From Nitrosomonadales bacterium (lineage in GTDB: Bacteria; Pseudomonadota; Gammaproteobacteria; Burkholderiales; Gallionellaceae): a stretch of DNA of 64,000 nucleotides. The position numbers were made by a program, and so were the translations under genes. The stretch's first letter is position 1, and each line of letters begins with the position of its first letter. Positions 28,807 through 38,326 of this stretch are shown here, in pieces. The notes below the pieces were generated by a model, which was not told the origin of the DNA, did no database searches, and worked only from the letters and a program-made list of their open reading frames with translations. The stretch spans positions 3,296 to 67,295 of the forward strand of contig JACRME010000015.1 of NCBI GenBank assembly GCA_016235045.1, given 5' to 3'.

Positions 28807-28843
28807 CTTTAAATGCGAACCTGTCCGCCCGGGACAGCCGCAA

Positions 28844-29308
28844 TTAACTGATCGTCCTGGATACGATACGCGCCGCGATCTCGGCAGCCTTGCCGGTGAA
28901 TTTGGCGCATTGCGCACTTAGTCCTTCCTCGCGAAACATTTCCTGGCCTTCCTGGGTGTTGAGGTCGCACCCCAGCAGCACATGGCATTCGCGCGCGCCG
29001 AATTCCTGTTCGAATTCCTTGATCAGGTTCTGGCTCGCCGTGTAGGAGGCCTGCACGGAATCGCCGGCTTTGGTTCGCCCGAAGGTGAGCCCCATGCCCA
29101 TGATCGCGCCGGAGATTGCGCCGCAAGTTCCGCAAGTGCGGGACATGCCGCCGCAAAATGCGGTTGCGGCCCTGGTCAGGAGGTCGGACTCGACGCCTTG
29201 TGCCTTGGCCAGCGCAAGCACCACGCTCTCTGCGCAATACAGGCCGGAGGCGAAAGACTCTTCGGCCGACTTGCGGACATTCGCTACAAACTCATCAGAA
29301 TTCATCAT
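28844..29308 (-). CDS. C_GCAxxG_C_C family putative redox protein
   Basis: YCAESV, GTCGAISG, ECHVLLG, QCAKF. Confidence 0.88.
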   Translation of the reverse strand: MMNSDEFVANVRKSAEESFASGLYCAESVVLALAKAQGVESDLLTRAATAFCGGMSRTCGTCGAISGAIMGMGLTFGRTKAGDSVQASYTASQNLIKEFEQEFGARECHVLLGCDLNTQEGQEMFREEGLSAQCAKFTGKAAEIAARIVSRTIS

Positions 29309-29443
29309 TTGAAACTCCTTTGGGGAGTGCGATCAATCGGACTGCATCGCAACCTGGGCGCCAATCTATATCGGCAGAAGGGTATAGGCAAGCAACAAGG
29401 TCTACCTGCTGGCGCAACGGAGCCGACACCCGACAAGCGGTAC

Positions 29444-30082
29444 CTAATTGCTCAGTCCCGGTGTGCTCAAAGCGTCAGGTTCCGTCGCCCTGAATTCGCT
29501 GGTTTCGATGAGGTCGCAAAACAGATCCATGATATTCGGGTCGTACTTGCGGCCGGTTTCACCCTGCATGATGCCCATGACCTCCTCGTGCGTTCTCGAA
29601 CGGTGATAAGCCCTGGTCACGGCCATTGCATCGTAGCTGTCGGCGATGGAGATGATGCGTGCACAGATCGGAATGCCTTCACCCGCGAGTCCGTCCGGAT
29701 ATCCCGACCCGTCGTAATTCTCGTGGTGGTGGCGGATGACCGTGGAAGCTTGTTGCGCTCCCTCCAGTTCCGTCGCGGCAATGATCTTCTCGCCGATTTC
29801 GGCATGTTGCTTCATCTTCTGCCATTCGTATTCATCGAACTGCGCGGGTTTCAACAGAATATGGTCGGGTATGCCGATCTTGCCGATGTCATGGAATGTT
29901 GCCGCGATCTTGAGGGCTTCGAGTTGGCGTTCGGTGAGTCCGCATCGCGCGCCGACCGCCTCGGCAATATCCCGCACCCGGTCTGAATGCAGCCGGGTCA
30001 TTTGATCGCGGTAGCCCAGCGCGACCGACAAAGCCTTGGTGTAGGTATAGAGGGCATTGTATCTGCGGTCTTTCAATTCCAT
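29444..30082 (-). CDS. Stand-alone HD-GYP c-di-GMP phosphodiesterase
   Basis: HSDRV, HDIGKIG, HHENYDGSGYP, IADSYDAM. Confidence 0.9.
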   Translation of the reverse strand: MELKDRRYNALYTYTKALSVALGYRDQMTRLHSDRVRDIAEAVGARCGLTERQLEALKIAATFHDIGKIGIPDHILLKPAQFDEYEWQKMKQHAEIGEKIIAATELEGAQQASTVIRHHHENYDGSGYPDGLAGEGIPICARIISIADSYDAMAVTRAYHRSRTHEEVMGIMQGETGRKYDPNIMDLFCDLIETSEFRATEPDALSTPGLSN

Positions 30083-30526
30083 GACGAGCACCCCGGAGCA
30101 AAAATTGGCGCGTTTCGGAAAATTGAAACAGGTGATTTGTCGTTTGAATTTTCTTCCTGCATCATGGAATTATCAAGCTCAATGCGAATATGGGATTGGT
30201 TACCCGAGCGCCCGCCCGAGCAAGCTCGGCACAATGCGCTGGTGGAGCGGAACCACAAGCAGCATGTACACCCGACCCAGGAGCGAATATCAGTTTCCGA
30301 AAAGTGAAATTGAATGGGATGGATCGAGTTCAGTGCCGCAGGTCGGGATGGTATAGCCGATTGCCATAGTGCCTGCAGTGTTTTTGGATGGTTTGTCGCG
30401 TCAGACCGCATACAAAACCATCTTGCTCGCGGTTGGTATTCCGGACTTTTCCGCGCGCGGCGCTTTGCGTTTTGCTCCGGGCATGGCAACATGCCCCGGC
30501 TTGATTACAGACAAAAGGTTTTGCAG

Positions 30527-30751
30527 ATGTTAGATACGGAAACAATGGAAGCGCTCGGTGAACTGAAAACGATGGCGGCAAAGAACGGCCTGGACATCGA
30601 TGTGGACCGGATGCTCAAAGACATGGGATATGCCAACCGGATATTGACCGAAATGAGCAACACGCTGGATCAGAAACAGGGCCTGATCGTGCTTTACGTG
30701 ATGAAGCAACTCTGCCTGTACGACGCGTCGGAAGGCATGTCGGAAGGCTAG
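30527..30751 (+). CDS. Small hypothetical protein
   Basis: MLDTETMEALGELK..., host-like codon usage; start uncertain. Confidence 0.5.
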   Translation: MLDTETMEALGELKTMAAKNGLDIDVDRMLKDMGYANRILTEMSNTLDQKQGLIVLYVMKQLCLYDASEGMSEG

Positions 30752-30821
30752 AACCCGTACTCCCTCTCCACGCGGCACACGCGCACACGGAACGACTTGT
30801 ACCAATCCTTCCCCGGCCCTG
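30748..30821 (-). pseudogene. Orphan diverged copy of the 3' end of the ABM monooxygenase gene
   Basis: Encodes KDWYKSFRVRVCRVEREYGF* versus KDWYKSFRARVCRIEREYGF* at 31601-31675. Confidence 0.8.
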
Positions 30822-30875
30822 TGTCCGGGATGATTGGAGATTATTCCGCTCCGTTTGACTCGAGAAAATGGCGGA

Positions 30876-31307
30876 TCACCAATTTTCATGGCGCTCTCGG
30901 CGTTCCTGCCGATAGTTGGTCACTTCAAGGCGTATGCCGTCCGGATCGGAAAAATACGTTGCCCAGTAATCGGGCGCATACTCAGGGCAGTTCTTCGCTT
31001 CGGAAGCATCAATGCCGGCATCGCGCAGTTGCGCGTATACAGCAACCACATCTTCAATTGAATTCACTCGCAGGCAGAAATGATGCAGGCCGGGTGAATA
31101 GGGATCATGTGCAGAAGTTGTTCGCGCCGGACGCAGGACATAGCCGAAATGGCGGTTGAAATACTGCACATGCGCATCACCATCCAGCGTGAACCTGTTC
31201 TTCCGGAATCCCAGCGTCCTCAACAAGACCTTGTCATAGAACGCTTCCGATCGCTCCAGATCGGAGACGGCGATGTAGATGTGGTCGATTCCGGTGACTT
31301 CAGGCAT
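30876..31307 (-). CDS. VOC/glyoxalase family protein
   Basis: GIDHIYIAVSDLERS, GLHHFCLRV, FSDPDGIRLE. Confidence 0.9.
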   Translation of the reverse strand: MPEVTGIDHIYIAVSDLERSEAFYDKVLLRTLGFRKNRFTLDGDAHVQYFNRHFGYVLRPARTTSAHDPYSPGLHHFCLRVNSIEDVVAVYAQLRDAGIDASEAKNCPEYAPDYWATYFSDPDGIRLEVTNYRQERRERHENW

Positions 31308-31329
31308 GGTGCGGCTTGCGAAGGGGCAA

Positions 31330-31479
31330 CTAGAATCCCAAAAGAATCAGCACACCGGCCGCTATGGAGAGGATAGCCATAATCGTGCCCATTCCCGAGA
31401 AACTCAAATGCAGCAGAGGAGCCAGCCCCGTGATGATGAGCCAGATAGCCAATAACAGTACGCCGATGCTTTTTTTCAT
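31330..31479 (-). CDS. 49-aa two-helix small membrane protein
   Basis: MKKSIGVLLLAIWLIITGLAPLLHLSFSGMGTIMAILSIAAGVLILLGF; AAGGA upstream; below the ORF-track cutoff. Confidence 0.72.
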   Translation of the reverse strand: MKKSIGVLLLAIWLIITGLAPLLHLSFSGMGTIMAILSIAAGVLILLGF

Positions 31480-31600
31480 GTCAGGATTATTCCTTAAGGT
31501 TGGAGATTGGGAATGATTGAATTCGAGCCGTGACGAAGTGTAGCCAAATCGGCAGAAAATTGTGAGCGGTGCGGCAGAAGGCGTCTCTTCCAGCGCAATG

Positions 31601-31915
31601 CTAAAACCCGTACTCCCTCTCTATGCGGCACACGCGTGCGCGGAAAGACTTGTACCAGTCCTTCGCCCGGCCCTGCGCATGGCGATGCTCGAGATTCTCC
31701 TTCCATGCCTTGATCGCCTCCAGACTTTCCCAGTACGAGACCGTGATGCCCAGTTCCTGCCGTGCGCTTTCCATGCCGAGAAAACCGGGCTGCTTCGCAG
31801 CCAACTCGGCGATGTGCTTCGCCATCACGGCATAGCCGTTGTCGTCCTCGGTGCGGATCGAGGTGAAGATGACAGCGTAGTAGGGTGGTTGTGGAGTTGT
31901 GGCGGCTACAGGCAT
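31601..31915 (-). CDS. Antibiotic biosynthesis monooxygenase (ABM) family protein
   Basis: PPYYAVIFTS, QPGFLGMESAR, ITVSYWESLEAIKAWK. Confidence 0.9.
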   Translation of the reverse strand: MPVAATTPQPPYYAVIFTSIRTEDDNGYAVMAKHIAELAAKQPGFLGMESARQELGITVSYWESLEAIKAWKENLEHRHAQGRAKDWYKSFRARVCRIEREYGF

Positions 31916-31939
31916 TTGCGCTCCTTATTTCTGGCAGTG

Positions 31940-32275
31940 TCAGTTCGAACCCGAGTCATTCAATTCGGTTTTCGCAGCGGTCGGCAGTCGTATCTCCATT
32001 TCCAGTGCGGCTATCCCGATATTCACCGTGGCCTTGAGCGAAGCCGGTTGTGCAGACAGTGGCCGGGATTTGAGCTCATCCAGAGCGATTTCAAGGATGG
32101 TGCACATCTGGGCAGTCGAAGCGCGCACGGCTTTTTCATTCAGAGCCTCAGTCATGCTGGATGCTGAATGCGCCAACGACTCCACTCCTCCTTTGACGGA
32201 AGCGGTGACTCCCTCGACCGCATCGTTCGCCTTGGTTGCGACCTGCGTTCCGATCCCTTTGATTTTTTCCAGCAT
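31940..32275 (-). CDS. Hypothetical protein
   Basis: MLEKIKGIG... with GGAG RBS; alternative start at 32296. Confidence 0.6.
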   Translation of the reverse strand: MLEKIKGIGTQVATKANDAVEGVTASVKGGVESLAHSASSMTEALNEKAVRASTAQMCTILEIALDELKSRPLSAQPASLKATVNIGIAALEMEIRLPTAAKTELNDSGSN

Positions 32276-32404
32276 GGTTGTAGCTCCCGTGTCCATTTTG
32301 TCAAATATATGTCAGGAAAGTCAGTTTTTAATTTCATCGCTGCCTTTCCCGCCAAATGGTCCCAAGCCGCACCGTACCTGCCCGGACTGGTACGGTCAAT
32401 ATGC

Positions 32405-32458
32405 CAATCGGCCTATATAGTTTCCTCTGGCCTTTATATTGCTTGTTATCATGGCGAC
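32405..32458 (+). promoter_or_regulatory. Possible ModE-type operator upstream of modA
   Basis: CCTATATAG...TTTATAT-N7-TATCATGGCGA only loosely resembles the TATATA-N-TATATA ModE box. Confidence 0.3.
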
Positions 32459-32479
32459 TATTCTTGTGAGGAGTTGGCG

Positions 32480-33244
32480 ATGGGTATTTCCTTGCGCGGC
32501 GCTATCGCCGCAGTCCTGGTGTCTTTCGTTCTGGCGGCTGCTCCAGCGCGCGCCGGAGAGGTGCGCGTGGCGGTCGCTTCGAACTTTTCCACACCGATGG
32601 AGCGCATCGCGGCGCTGTTCCAGAAGGAGCACGGTCATGTGCTGACGGTGAGCCTGGGGTCCAGCGGCAAGTTTTATTCGCAGATCAAGGGCGGGGCGCC
32701 GTTCGATGTGTTGCTGGCCGCGGACGAGGCGATTCCCAAAAAACTGGTGCAGGAAGGGCTGGCGGACGGAGCCTCCCGTTTCACCTATGCGGTGGGCAGG
32801 CTGGTGTTGTGGAGCGTGCAGCCGGGTTTTGTCGATGACAAAGGGTTGGTGCTGAACCGGGGCAATTTCGAGAAACTGGCGATCGCCGATCCCAAGCTCG
32901 CGCCCTACGGCGTGGCGGCGAAAGAGACACTGGAAAAGCTGGTCATGTGGAATGCCATGCAGCGCAAGCTGGTGAAGGGCGAGAACATCACCCAGACTTA
33001 CCAGTTTGTGGCGACCGAGAATGCCGAGCTGGGTTTTATCGCACTGTCGCAGATCATGCACGACGGCAAGGTGAGCGAGGGTTCGTGGTGGCTGGTGCCC
33101 TCCGAGATGCACAAACCGATCAAGCAGGGTGCGGTGCTGTTGACGGCGGCGAAAGACAAAGCGGCATCGCAGGCTTTCCTGACATTCCTGAAGAGCAAGC
33201 AGGCGGCAGCGGTGATGCGCGGGTTCGGTTATGAGTTGCCTTGA
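32480..33244 (+). CDS. modA: Molybdate ABC transporter periplasmic protein
   Basis: VAVASNF, GSSGKFYSQI..GAPFDV, AIADPKLAPYG, GENITQ. Confidence 0.95.
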   Translation: MGISLRGAIAAVLVSFVLAAAPARAGEVRVAVASNFSTPMERIAALFQKEHGHVLTVSLGSSGKFYSQIKGGAPFDVLLAADEAIPKKLVQEGLADGASRFTYAVGRLVLWSVQPGFVDDKGLVLNRGNFEKLAIADPKLAPYGVAAKETLEKLVMWNAMQRKLVKGENITQTYQFVATENAELGFIALSQIMHDGKVSEGSWWLVPSEMHKPIKQGAVLLTAAKDKAASQAFLTFLKSKQAAAVMRGFGYELP

Positions 33245-33254
33245 TAAATCAATC

Positions 33255-33435
33255 CGTCATTCCGGCGCAGGCCGGAATCTAGTTGCAATGAAAATCCGGT
33301 GCAGCAGACGAAACATGTTGTCCCGCTACGCGGTGATGTTTAACCAACTGGATTCCGGCCTGATGGAACTACTAGCCATTCGACTAAGCTGGCACACAAC
33401 GCCAGCAAAGTCGCTGGTTATGCGCCGGAATGACG
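33255..33435. repeat. CGTCATTCCGGC-family REP pair with the 60-bp insert in its right arm
   Basis: CGTCATTCCGGCGCAGGCCGGAATC ... GATTCCGGCCT[insert]GCGCCGGAATGACG; empty relative at 55520-55590. Confidence 0.88.
33362..33421 (-). mobile_element. 60-bp nested element, copy 2
   Basis: Reverse complement ATAACCAGCGACTTTGCTGGCGTTGTGTGCCAGCTTAGTCGAATGGCTAGTAGTTCCATC followed by AGG. Confidence 0.8.
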
Positions 33436-33457
33436 ATGTTTTGGAAATGGTGAAATA

Positions 33458-34147
33458 ATGGAAAGCGGATTGGATCCCGCCGACCTGCAAGCCGTCTGGC
33501 TCACGCTCAAACTCGCGAGCGTGACCACCTTCCTGCTGCTGCTCATCGCCACGCCCCTGGCCTGGTGGCTGGCGCACAGCCGACGCTGGTACAAGGGGTT
33601 CGTCTCCGCGTTGGTGGCGCTGCCGCTGGTGCTGCCGCCCACGGTGCTGGGTTTCTATCTGCTGCTGCTGATGGGGCCGCAGGGTGCGGTGGGTGCGCTG
33701 ACCAAGTCACTGAACCTCGGCACCCTGCCGTTCACCTTCGCCGGACTGGTCATCGGCTCGGTGTTGTTCTCGTTGCCCTTCGCGGTGCAGCCGATCCAGA
33801 ATGCGTTCGAGTCTCTTGGCAAGCGTCCGCTGGAAGTCGCGGCGACTTTGCGCGCGAATGCGTGGGATCGGTTCGTCAGCGTGGCCTTGCCGCTGGCGCG
33901 TCCGGGTTTCCTCACCGCGACCATCCTGGCTTTTGCGCACACGGTCGGCGAGTTCGGCGTGGTGCTGATGCTGGGCGGCAATATCGACGGCGAAACGCGC
34001 GTGCTTTCCGTCGCCATCTATAGTCATGTTGAGGCGATGGAATACGCCCCGGCACATCTGCTGGCGGGTGGCATGGTGCTGTTCTCGTTCATCGTGCTGC
34101 TGGGGCTTTATCTGGCGAGCGGCAAATCGTGGCAGGTGCGCAAATGA
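33458..34147 (+). CDS. modB: Molybdate ABC transporter permease
   Basis: [28 protein letters not shown]. Confidence 0.95.
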   Translation: MESGLDPADLQAVWLTLKLASVTTFLLLLIATPLAWWLAHSRRWYKGFVSALVALPLVLPPTVLGFYLLLLMGPQGAVGALTKSLNLGTLPFTFAGLVIGSVLFSLPFAVQPIQNAFESLGKRPLEVAATLRANAWDRFVSVALPLARPGFLTATILAFAHTVGEFGVVLMLGGNIDGETRVLSVAIYSHVEAMEYAPAHLLAGGMVLFSFIVLLGLYLASGKSWQVRK

Positions 34148-35217
34148 GCTGGATACGCGTGCACTTCAAGATGCAACTGGACAGCTTCGAGCTGGATGCC
34201 GCGTTCAGCGCGCCGCCGCTCGGCGTCACGGCGCTGTTCGGCCCGTCCGGCTCCGGCAAGACCACGCTGCTGCGCTGCATCGCCGGTCTGGAGCGCACCA
34301 CCGGCTGGCTGCGCGTGAACGGCGAACCGTGGCAGGACGAGAAGACATTCATGCCGGTGCATCAGCGCCCGCTGGGCTATGTGTTCCAGGAAGCCAGCCT
34401 GTTCCCGCACCTGTCGGTGCGCGCCAATCTGGAATACGGCTACAAACGCATCGCACCGTCCGAACGCAAAGTGAAACCGGAACAGGTGGTCGAGTGGCTG
34501 GGGCTGGGCCGCCTCATCGAACGCAAGGACCCCGCGCGACTCTCCGGCGGCGAACGCCAGCGCGTCGCCATTGGCCGCGCACTGCTCACCAGCCCGCGCA
34601 TCCTGCTGATGGACGAACCGCTGTCCGCGCTCGACAGCAACAGCAAGCGGGAGATATTGCCCTACCTGGAGCGCCTGCACCGCGAACTGCAGATTCCGGT
34701 ACTCTACGTCAGCCATGCGATGGACGAGGTGGCGCGGCTGGCCGACCACCTGGTGCTGCTGGAGCAGGGCAAAGTCATCGCCAGCGGCGCATTGCAGGAG
34801 ACGTTGGCGCGGCTCGACCTGCCTACCGCGCATTTCGACGATGCGGGAACGGTGATCGAGGCGGAAGTGGCGCAGCACGACGAGAAGTATCATCTGAGCC
34901 GGCTGGATTTTTCCGGCGGCCATTTGTGGGTGAGCAAGGTGGCCCAACCCTTCGGCACCCGGGTGCGCGCCCGCGTGCTGGCGCGCGACGTGAGCATCGC
35001 CACGCAGGCGCCGCAGGGTTCCAGCATCAACAACATCCTGAATGCACGTATCGAGGAGATACGCGACGAGGGGCCGGACAAGGTGATCGTGCGCATGAAG
35101 GTGGGCGATACGCACAGGCTGCTGTCGCGCATCACGCGCCGCTCGCGCGACAACCTTGGGCTGGTCGCGGGGATGTATGTGTGTGCGCAGGTGAAAAGCA
35201 TCGCGCTGATGGCGTGA
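34144..35217 (+). CDS. modC: Molybdate ABC transporter ATPase
   Basis: [23 protein letters not shown]-terminal TOBE domain. Confidence 0.95.
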   Translation: MSWIRVHFKMQLDSFELDAAFSAPPLGVTALFGPSGSGKTTLLRCIAGLERTTGWLRVNGEPWQDEKTFMPVHQRPLGYVFQEASLFPHLSVRANLEYGYKRIAPSERKVKPEQVVEWLGLGRLIERKDPARLSGGERQRVAIGRALLTSPRILLMDEPLSALDSNSKREILPYLERLHRELQIPVLYVSHAMDEVARLADHLVLLEQGKVIASGALQETLARLDLPTAHFDDAGTVIEAEVAQHDEKYHLSRLDFSGGHLWVSKVAQPFGTRVRARVLARDVSIATQAPQGSSINNILNARIEEIRDEGPDKVIVRMKVGDTHRLLSRITRRSRDNLGLVAGMYVCAQVKSIALMA

Positions 35218-35219
35218 CA

Positions 35220-35285
35220 GTGGGAGCGCCGACGTCTCGTCGGCAGTTTTCAAGCATCAGCCGACGGGGACGCCGGCGCTGCCAC
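35220..35285. repeat. GGGAGCGCCGACG-family REP pair
   Basis: GTGGGAGCGCCGACGTCTCGTCGGC ... GCCGACGGGGACGCCGGCGCTGCCAC. Confidence 0.75.
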
Positions 35286-35309
35286 GAGTTCAAAGAGTGA
35301 GAATTGAAT

Positions 35310-35756
35310 ATGATCGAAATTGATTTCGCCACCGCAGACGACGTTCCGCTTCTCGCCGACCTGCTGGCCGAGTTGTTCACGCTGGAGCGGGACTTCAAGC
35401 CGGAACGCGAAAAGCAATTGCGCGGCCTGCAGTGGATATTGGACGAACCGGCGTTGGGCAGGCTGTTCGTGCTGCGCGTCGACGGCAAGGTGGCAGGCAT
35501 GGCCAATGCGCTGATCACGGTCAGCACGGCGGAAGGCGGCCGCGTACTTTTGCTGGAAGACGTGATCGTGGGGCGGGCGCATCGCGGCGGCGGTCTGGGC
35601 AGGCAGTTGATCGAGCATGTGCTGGGCTGGGCCAAGGCGCAGGGCATGACGCGCGTTACCCTGCTGGCCGACCGCAATAACCAGCTCGCCCTCGATTTTT
35701 ACCGCAAGCTCGGTTTCGAGACTTCTCATATGTCGGTGCTGCGTAAAAAACTGTAG
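35310..35756 (+). CDS. GNAT acetyltransferase
   Basis: LEDVIV...HRGGGLGRQL, N..ALDFYRKLGF. Confidence 0.88.
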   Translation: MIEIDFATADDVPLLADLLAELFTLERDFKPEREKQLRGLQWILDEPALGRLFVLRVDGKVAGMANALITVSTAEGGRVLLLEDVIVGRAHRGGGLGRQLIEHVLGWAKAQGMTRVTLLADRNNQLALDFYRKLGFETSHMSVLRKKL

Positions 35757-35910
35757 CGCAGATACAACAGCACCGAATTCCGCCTGTTCTGCCCGGTTTT
35801 TCCCGCCTCGTGCCTGTCGCGCGCATTGTCTTGTTTACGTTGGCGATTGCGGGTGGCATGAAAGTGCAGGCCGCGCCTGAGAGGCCGGCTTGGCGCCGGT
35901 TGCCAGGGGG

Positions 35911-35927
35911 TGCGACAAAATGTCGCA
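35911..35927. promoter_or_regulatory. Palindrome resembling a RegA/PrrA/RegR box
   Basis: TGCGACA-AAA-TGTCGCA upstream of the ABC/NosL cluster. Confidence 0.4.
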
Positions 35928-36024
35928 TTCCAATTGCGGGTAAATAGAACAACAATCGATGCATGAGTCGTCCGGAATAGATATGCACGCATGGAGCGCT
36001 AGTCAGGGTTCCAGTGCGCTTCAC

Positions 36025-36360
36025 ATGCCATCGAGAAAATCACACCGCGTTTTTGCCTTCCTCGCCATTTGCCTGGCGCTGTTCCTGCTCACCTTCGCCG
36101 ATGCCGCCATGCGGCGCGGGGGCAGTGCCGACGTGTTGGCGACCAGCGAGCGGCTGGTGGCGCAACTGGGCCTGACCGACCTGTGCCTGTTCACCGAAGC
36201 GCGCTATACCCGCCATCCGTCGCAGGCCGACTTGCACAGCGCCTTCCAGGATCACCCCCTGGGTCTCGAACACTTCCCGAGCGGTTCCTTGTTGCCGCCG
36301 CCGAACAACCTTGCCGCCTCTTATGAAAACCTGGATCGGAAAACAACAAGCCCTGATTGA
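36025..36360 (+). CDS. Conserved hypothetical membrane-anchored protein
   Basis: TM helix then LGLTDLCLFTEARYTRHPSQAD...EHFPSGS; start uncertain (35959-36025). Confidence 0.65.
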   Translation: MPSRKSHRVFAFLAICLALFLLTFADAAMRRGGSADVLATSERLVAQLGLTDLCLFTEARYTRHPSQADLHSAFQDHPLGLEHFPSGSLLPPPNNLAASYENLDRKTTSPD

Positions 36361-37474
36361 TTTCACGTTGTCGTCGTTGTCGCGGCGCAAGCTGAAGAAT
36401 TTCGGCCTGCTGCTGGTATACGCGCTGATTGTGTTTCTGCTGGCCTCGGTGATGCTGTTCACCCATGCGTTGCGCCGCGAGGCCGCGCTGGTGCTGAAGA
36501 ACACGCCCGAGGTCATCGTGCAGCGCATGGTCGCCGGACGCCACGATCTGATCCCGCCCGGTTACATCGAGAAGCTGGGCCGCATCCGTGGCGTGCAGCA
36601 CATCGAAGGGCGGCTGTGGGGTTACTTCTACGATCCCGTGGTCAGGGCCAACTACACCTTCATGGCGCCGACGGCGGGAACCATCAACGAGATTCAGATC
36701 GCAGACAGCGAGATCGTGATCGGTGCCGCCGTGGCGCGCGAACGCGGTCTGGAACATGGCAACCTGATCTCGTTCCGTTCCTACACCGGCAAGCTGTTCG
36801 TGTTCACGGTGGCGTCGGTGCTGCCGCACGATGCCGAACTGGTCAGCGCCGACCTGGTCTTGCTGAACCCCGCCGATTACCGCGCCTTCTTCGGCATTCC
36901 CGCCGACCACTACACCGACATCGCCCTGTCCGTCGCCAATCCGCAGGAAGTGCGCAACATCGCCGCCAAACTTTCCGAGACACTGCCCGACGCGCGCCTG
37001 ATTCTGCGCGAGGAAGTGCTGCGCACCTACGAATCCATTTTCAACTGGCGCGAAGGCATTGTGCTGGTGCTGCTCTCCGGCAGCATTCTCGCCTTCGCCA
37101 TCTTCGCCTGGGAAAAAGCCTCCGGACTGTCTGCCGAAGAGAAACGCGAGATCGGCATACTGAAAGCGATAGGTTGGGAGACCGGCGATGTGCTCAAGAT
37201 GAAATTCTGGGAAGGCGCGCTGGTGTCGCTCACCGCATTCCTGCTCGGTTATGTCGCTGCGTATTGGCACGTGTTCCATTTCTCCACGGCGCTGTTCGAG
37301 CCGGTGCTGAAGGGCTGGTCGGTGCTGTATCCGCGTTTCGAACTGGTGCCGGTGGTGGACGGCTTCCAGGTCGCCACGCTGTTCTTCTTCACCGTCTTCC
37401 CCTACACGGTGGCGACCATCGTGCCGATATGGCGCGCGGCCATCACCGATCCGGATGCGGTGATGCGGGGCTGA
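36323..37474 (+). CDS. FtsX/LolE-like ABC transporter permease
   Basis: TM1, periplasmic domain, EKREIGILKAIGW motif. Confidence 0.88.
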   Translation: MKTWIGKQQALIDFTLSSLSRRKLKNFGLLLVYALIVFLLASVMLFTHALRREAALVLKNTPEVIVQRMVAGRHDLIPPGYIEKLGRIRGVQHIEGRLWGYFYDPVVRANYTFMAPTAGTINEIQIADSEIVIGAAVARERGLEHGNLISFRSYTGKLFVFTVASVLPHDAELVSADLVLLNPADYRAFFGIPADHYTDIALSVANPQEVRNIAAKLSETLPDARLILREEVLRTYESIFNWREGIVLVLLSGSILAFAIFAWEKASGLSAEEKREIGILKAIGWETGDVLKMKFWEGALVSLTAFLLGYVAAYWHVFHFSTALFEPVLKGWSVLYPRFELVPVVDGFQVATLFFFTVFPYTVATIVPIWRAAITDPDAVMRG

Positions 37475-37496
37475 TATGAAGCTGAAAAAACAAATT

Positions 37497-37628
37497 AGCC
37501 ACAGAGAACACAGAGACCACAGAGAAAAGCAAAACGGCATTTGCGTGAGCGCGAAGCACCTTTTGGTTGAAGCCGCGAAATGTGGGGAGGCTAATTCGTT
37601 CTCTGTGTGCTCTGTGTTCTCTGTGGCT
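37497..37628. repeat. GCCACAGAG-family inverted repeat
   Basis: AGCCACAGAGAACACAGAGACCACAGAG ... CTCTGTGTGCTCTGTGTTCTCTGTGGCT. Confidence 0.85.
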
Positions 37629-37645
37629 TAATTAGGTTTGAATTT

Positions 37646-38326
37646 ATGATCAAACTGACCAACATCCGCAAAGCCTACAACCAGGGACAGCACAACGAGT
37701 TCTGGGCGCTCAACGGCATCGACCTCGATATCGAGGCGAACAAGGTGACCGCCCTGAGCGGCCCCAGCGGTTCGGGCAAGAGCACGCTGCTGAGCATCGT
37801 CGGCTGCATGGCGCGTCCTACCAGCGGGCGCGTGCAACTGGCCGGACGCGACATCTCGGGTTTGCCGGAACGCTTCCTCACCGACATCCGGCGCAGCACC
37901 TTCGGTTTCATTTTCCAGCAGTACAACCTGATCAAGGGGCTCAGCGCACGCGACAATGTGATGCTGCCCGCCTATCCGCTCGGCGGCGACTGGCGCGCGC
38001 TGCACGAGCGCGCCGATATGCTGCTCGATACTTTCAAGCTCGGCCATCGCTGCCACGCACCGGTCGAGTGGCTGTCCGGCGGTGAGCAGCAGCGCGTCGC
38101 CATCGCGCGTGCGCTGATCAACGATCCGCTAGTGGTGATCGCCGACGAGCCGACCGCCAATCTCGATACCGTGCTGTCGCGCGAATTCTTGTCGATCCTG
38201 GAAAGTCTCAAGCAGCAGGGCAAGACCATCCTGCTGAGCAGCCACGACTCGCTGGTGGTCGAATCGTCCGTGGTCGATCGCGTGGTCAGGCTGCGCGACG
38301 GGCATCTGCCGGAGGCGGCGGAATAA
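37646..38326 (+). CDS. LolD-like ABC transporter ATPase
   Basis: GPSGSGKS, LSGGEQQRVAIARAL, ADEPTANLD. Confidence 0.92.
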   Translation: MIKLTNIRKAYNQGQHNEFWALNGIDLDIEANKVTALSGPSGSGKSTLLSIVGCMARPTSGRVQLAGRDISGLPERFLTDIRRSTFGFIFQQYNLIKGLSARDNVMLPAYPLGGDWRALHERADMLLDTFKLGHRCHAPVEWLSGGEQQRVAIARALINDPLVVIADEPTANLDTVLSREFLSILESLKQQGKTILLSSHDSLVVESSVVDRVVRLRDGHLPEAAE

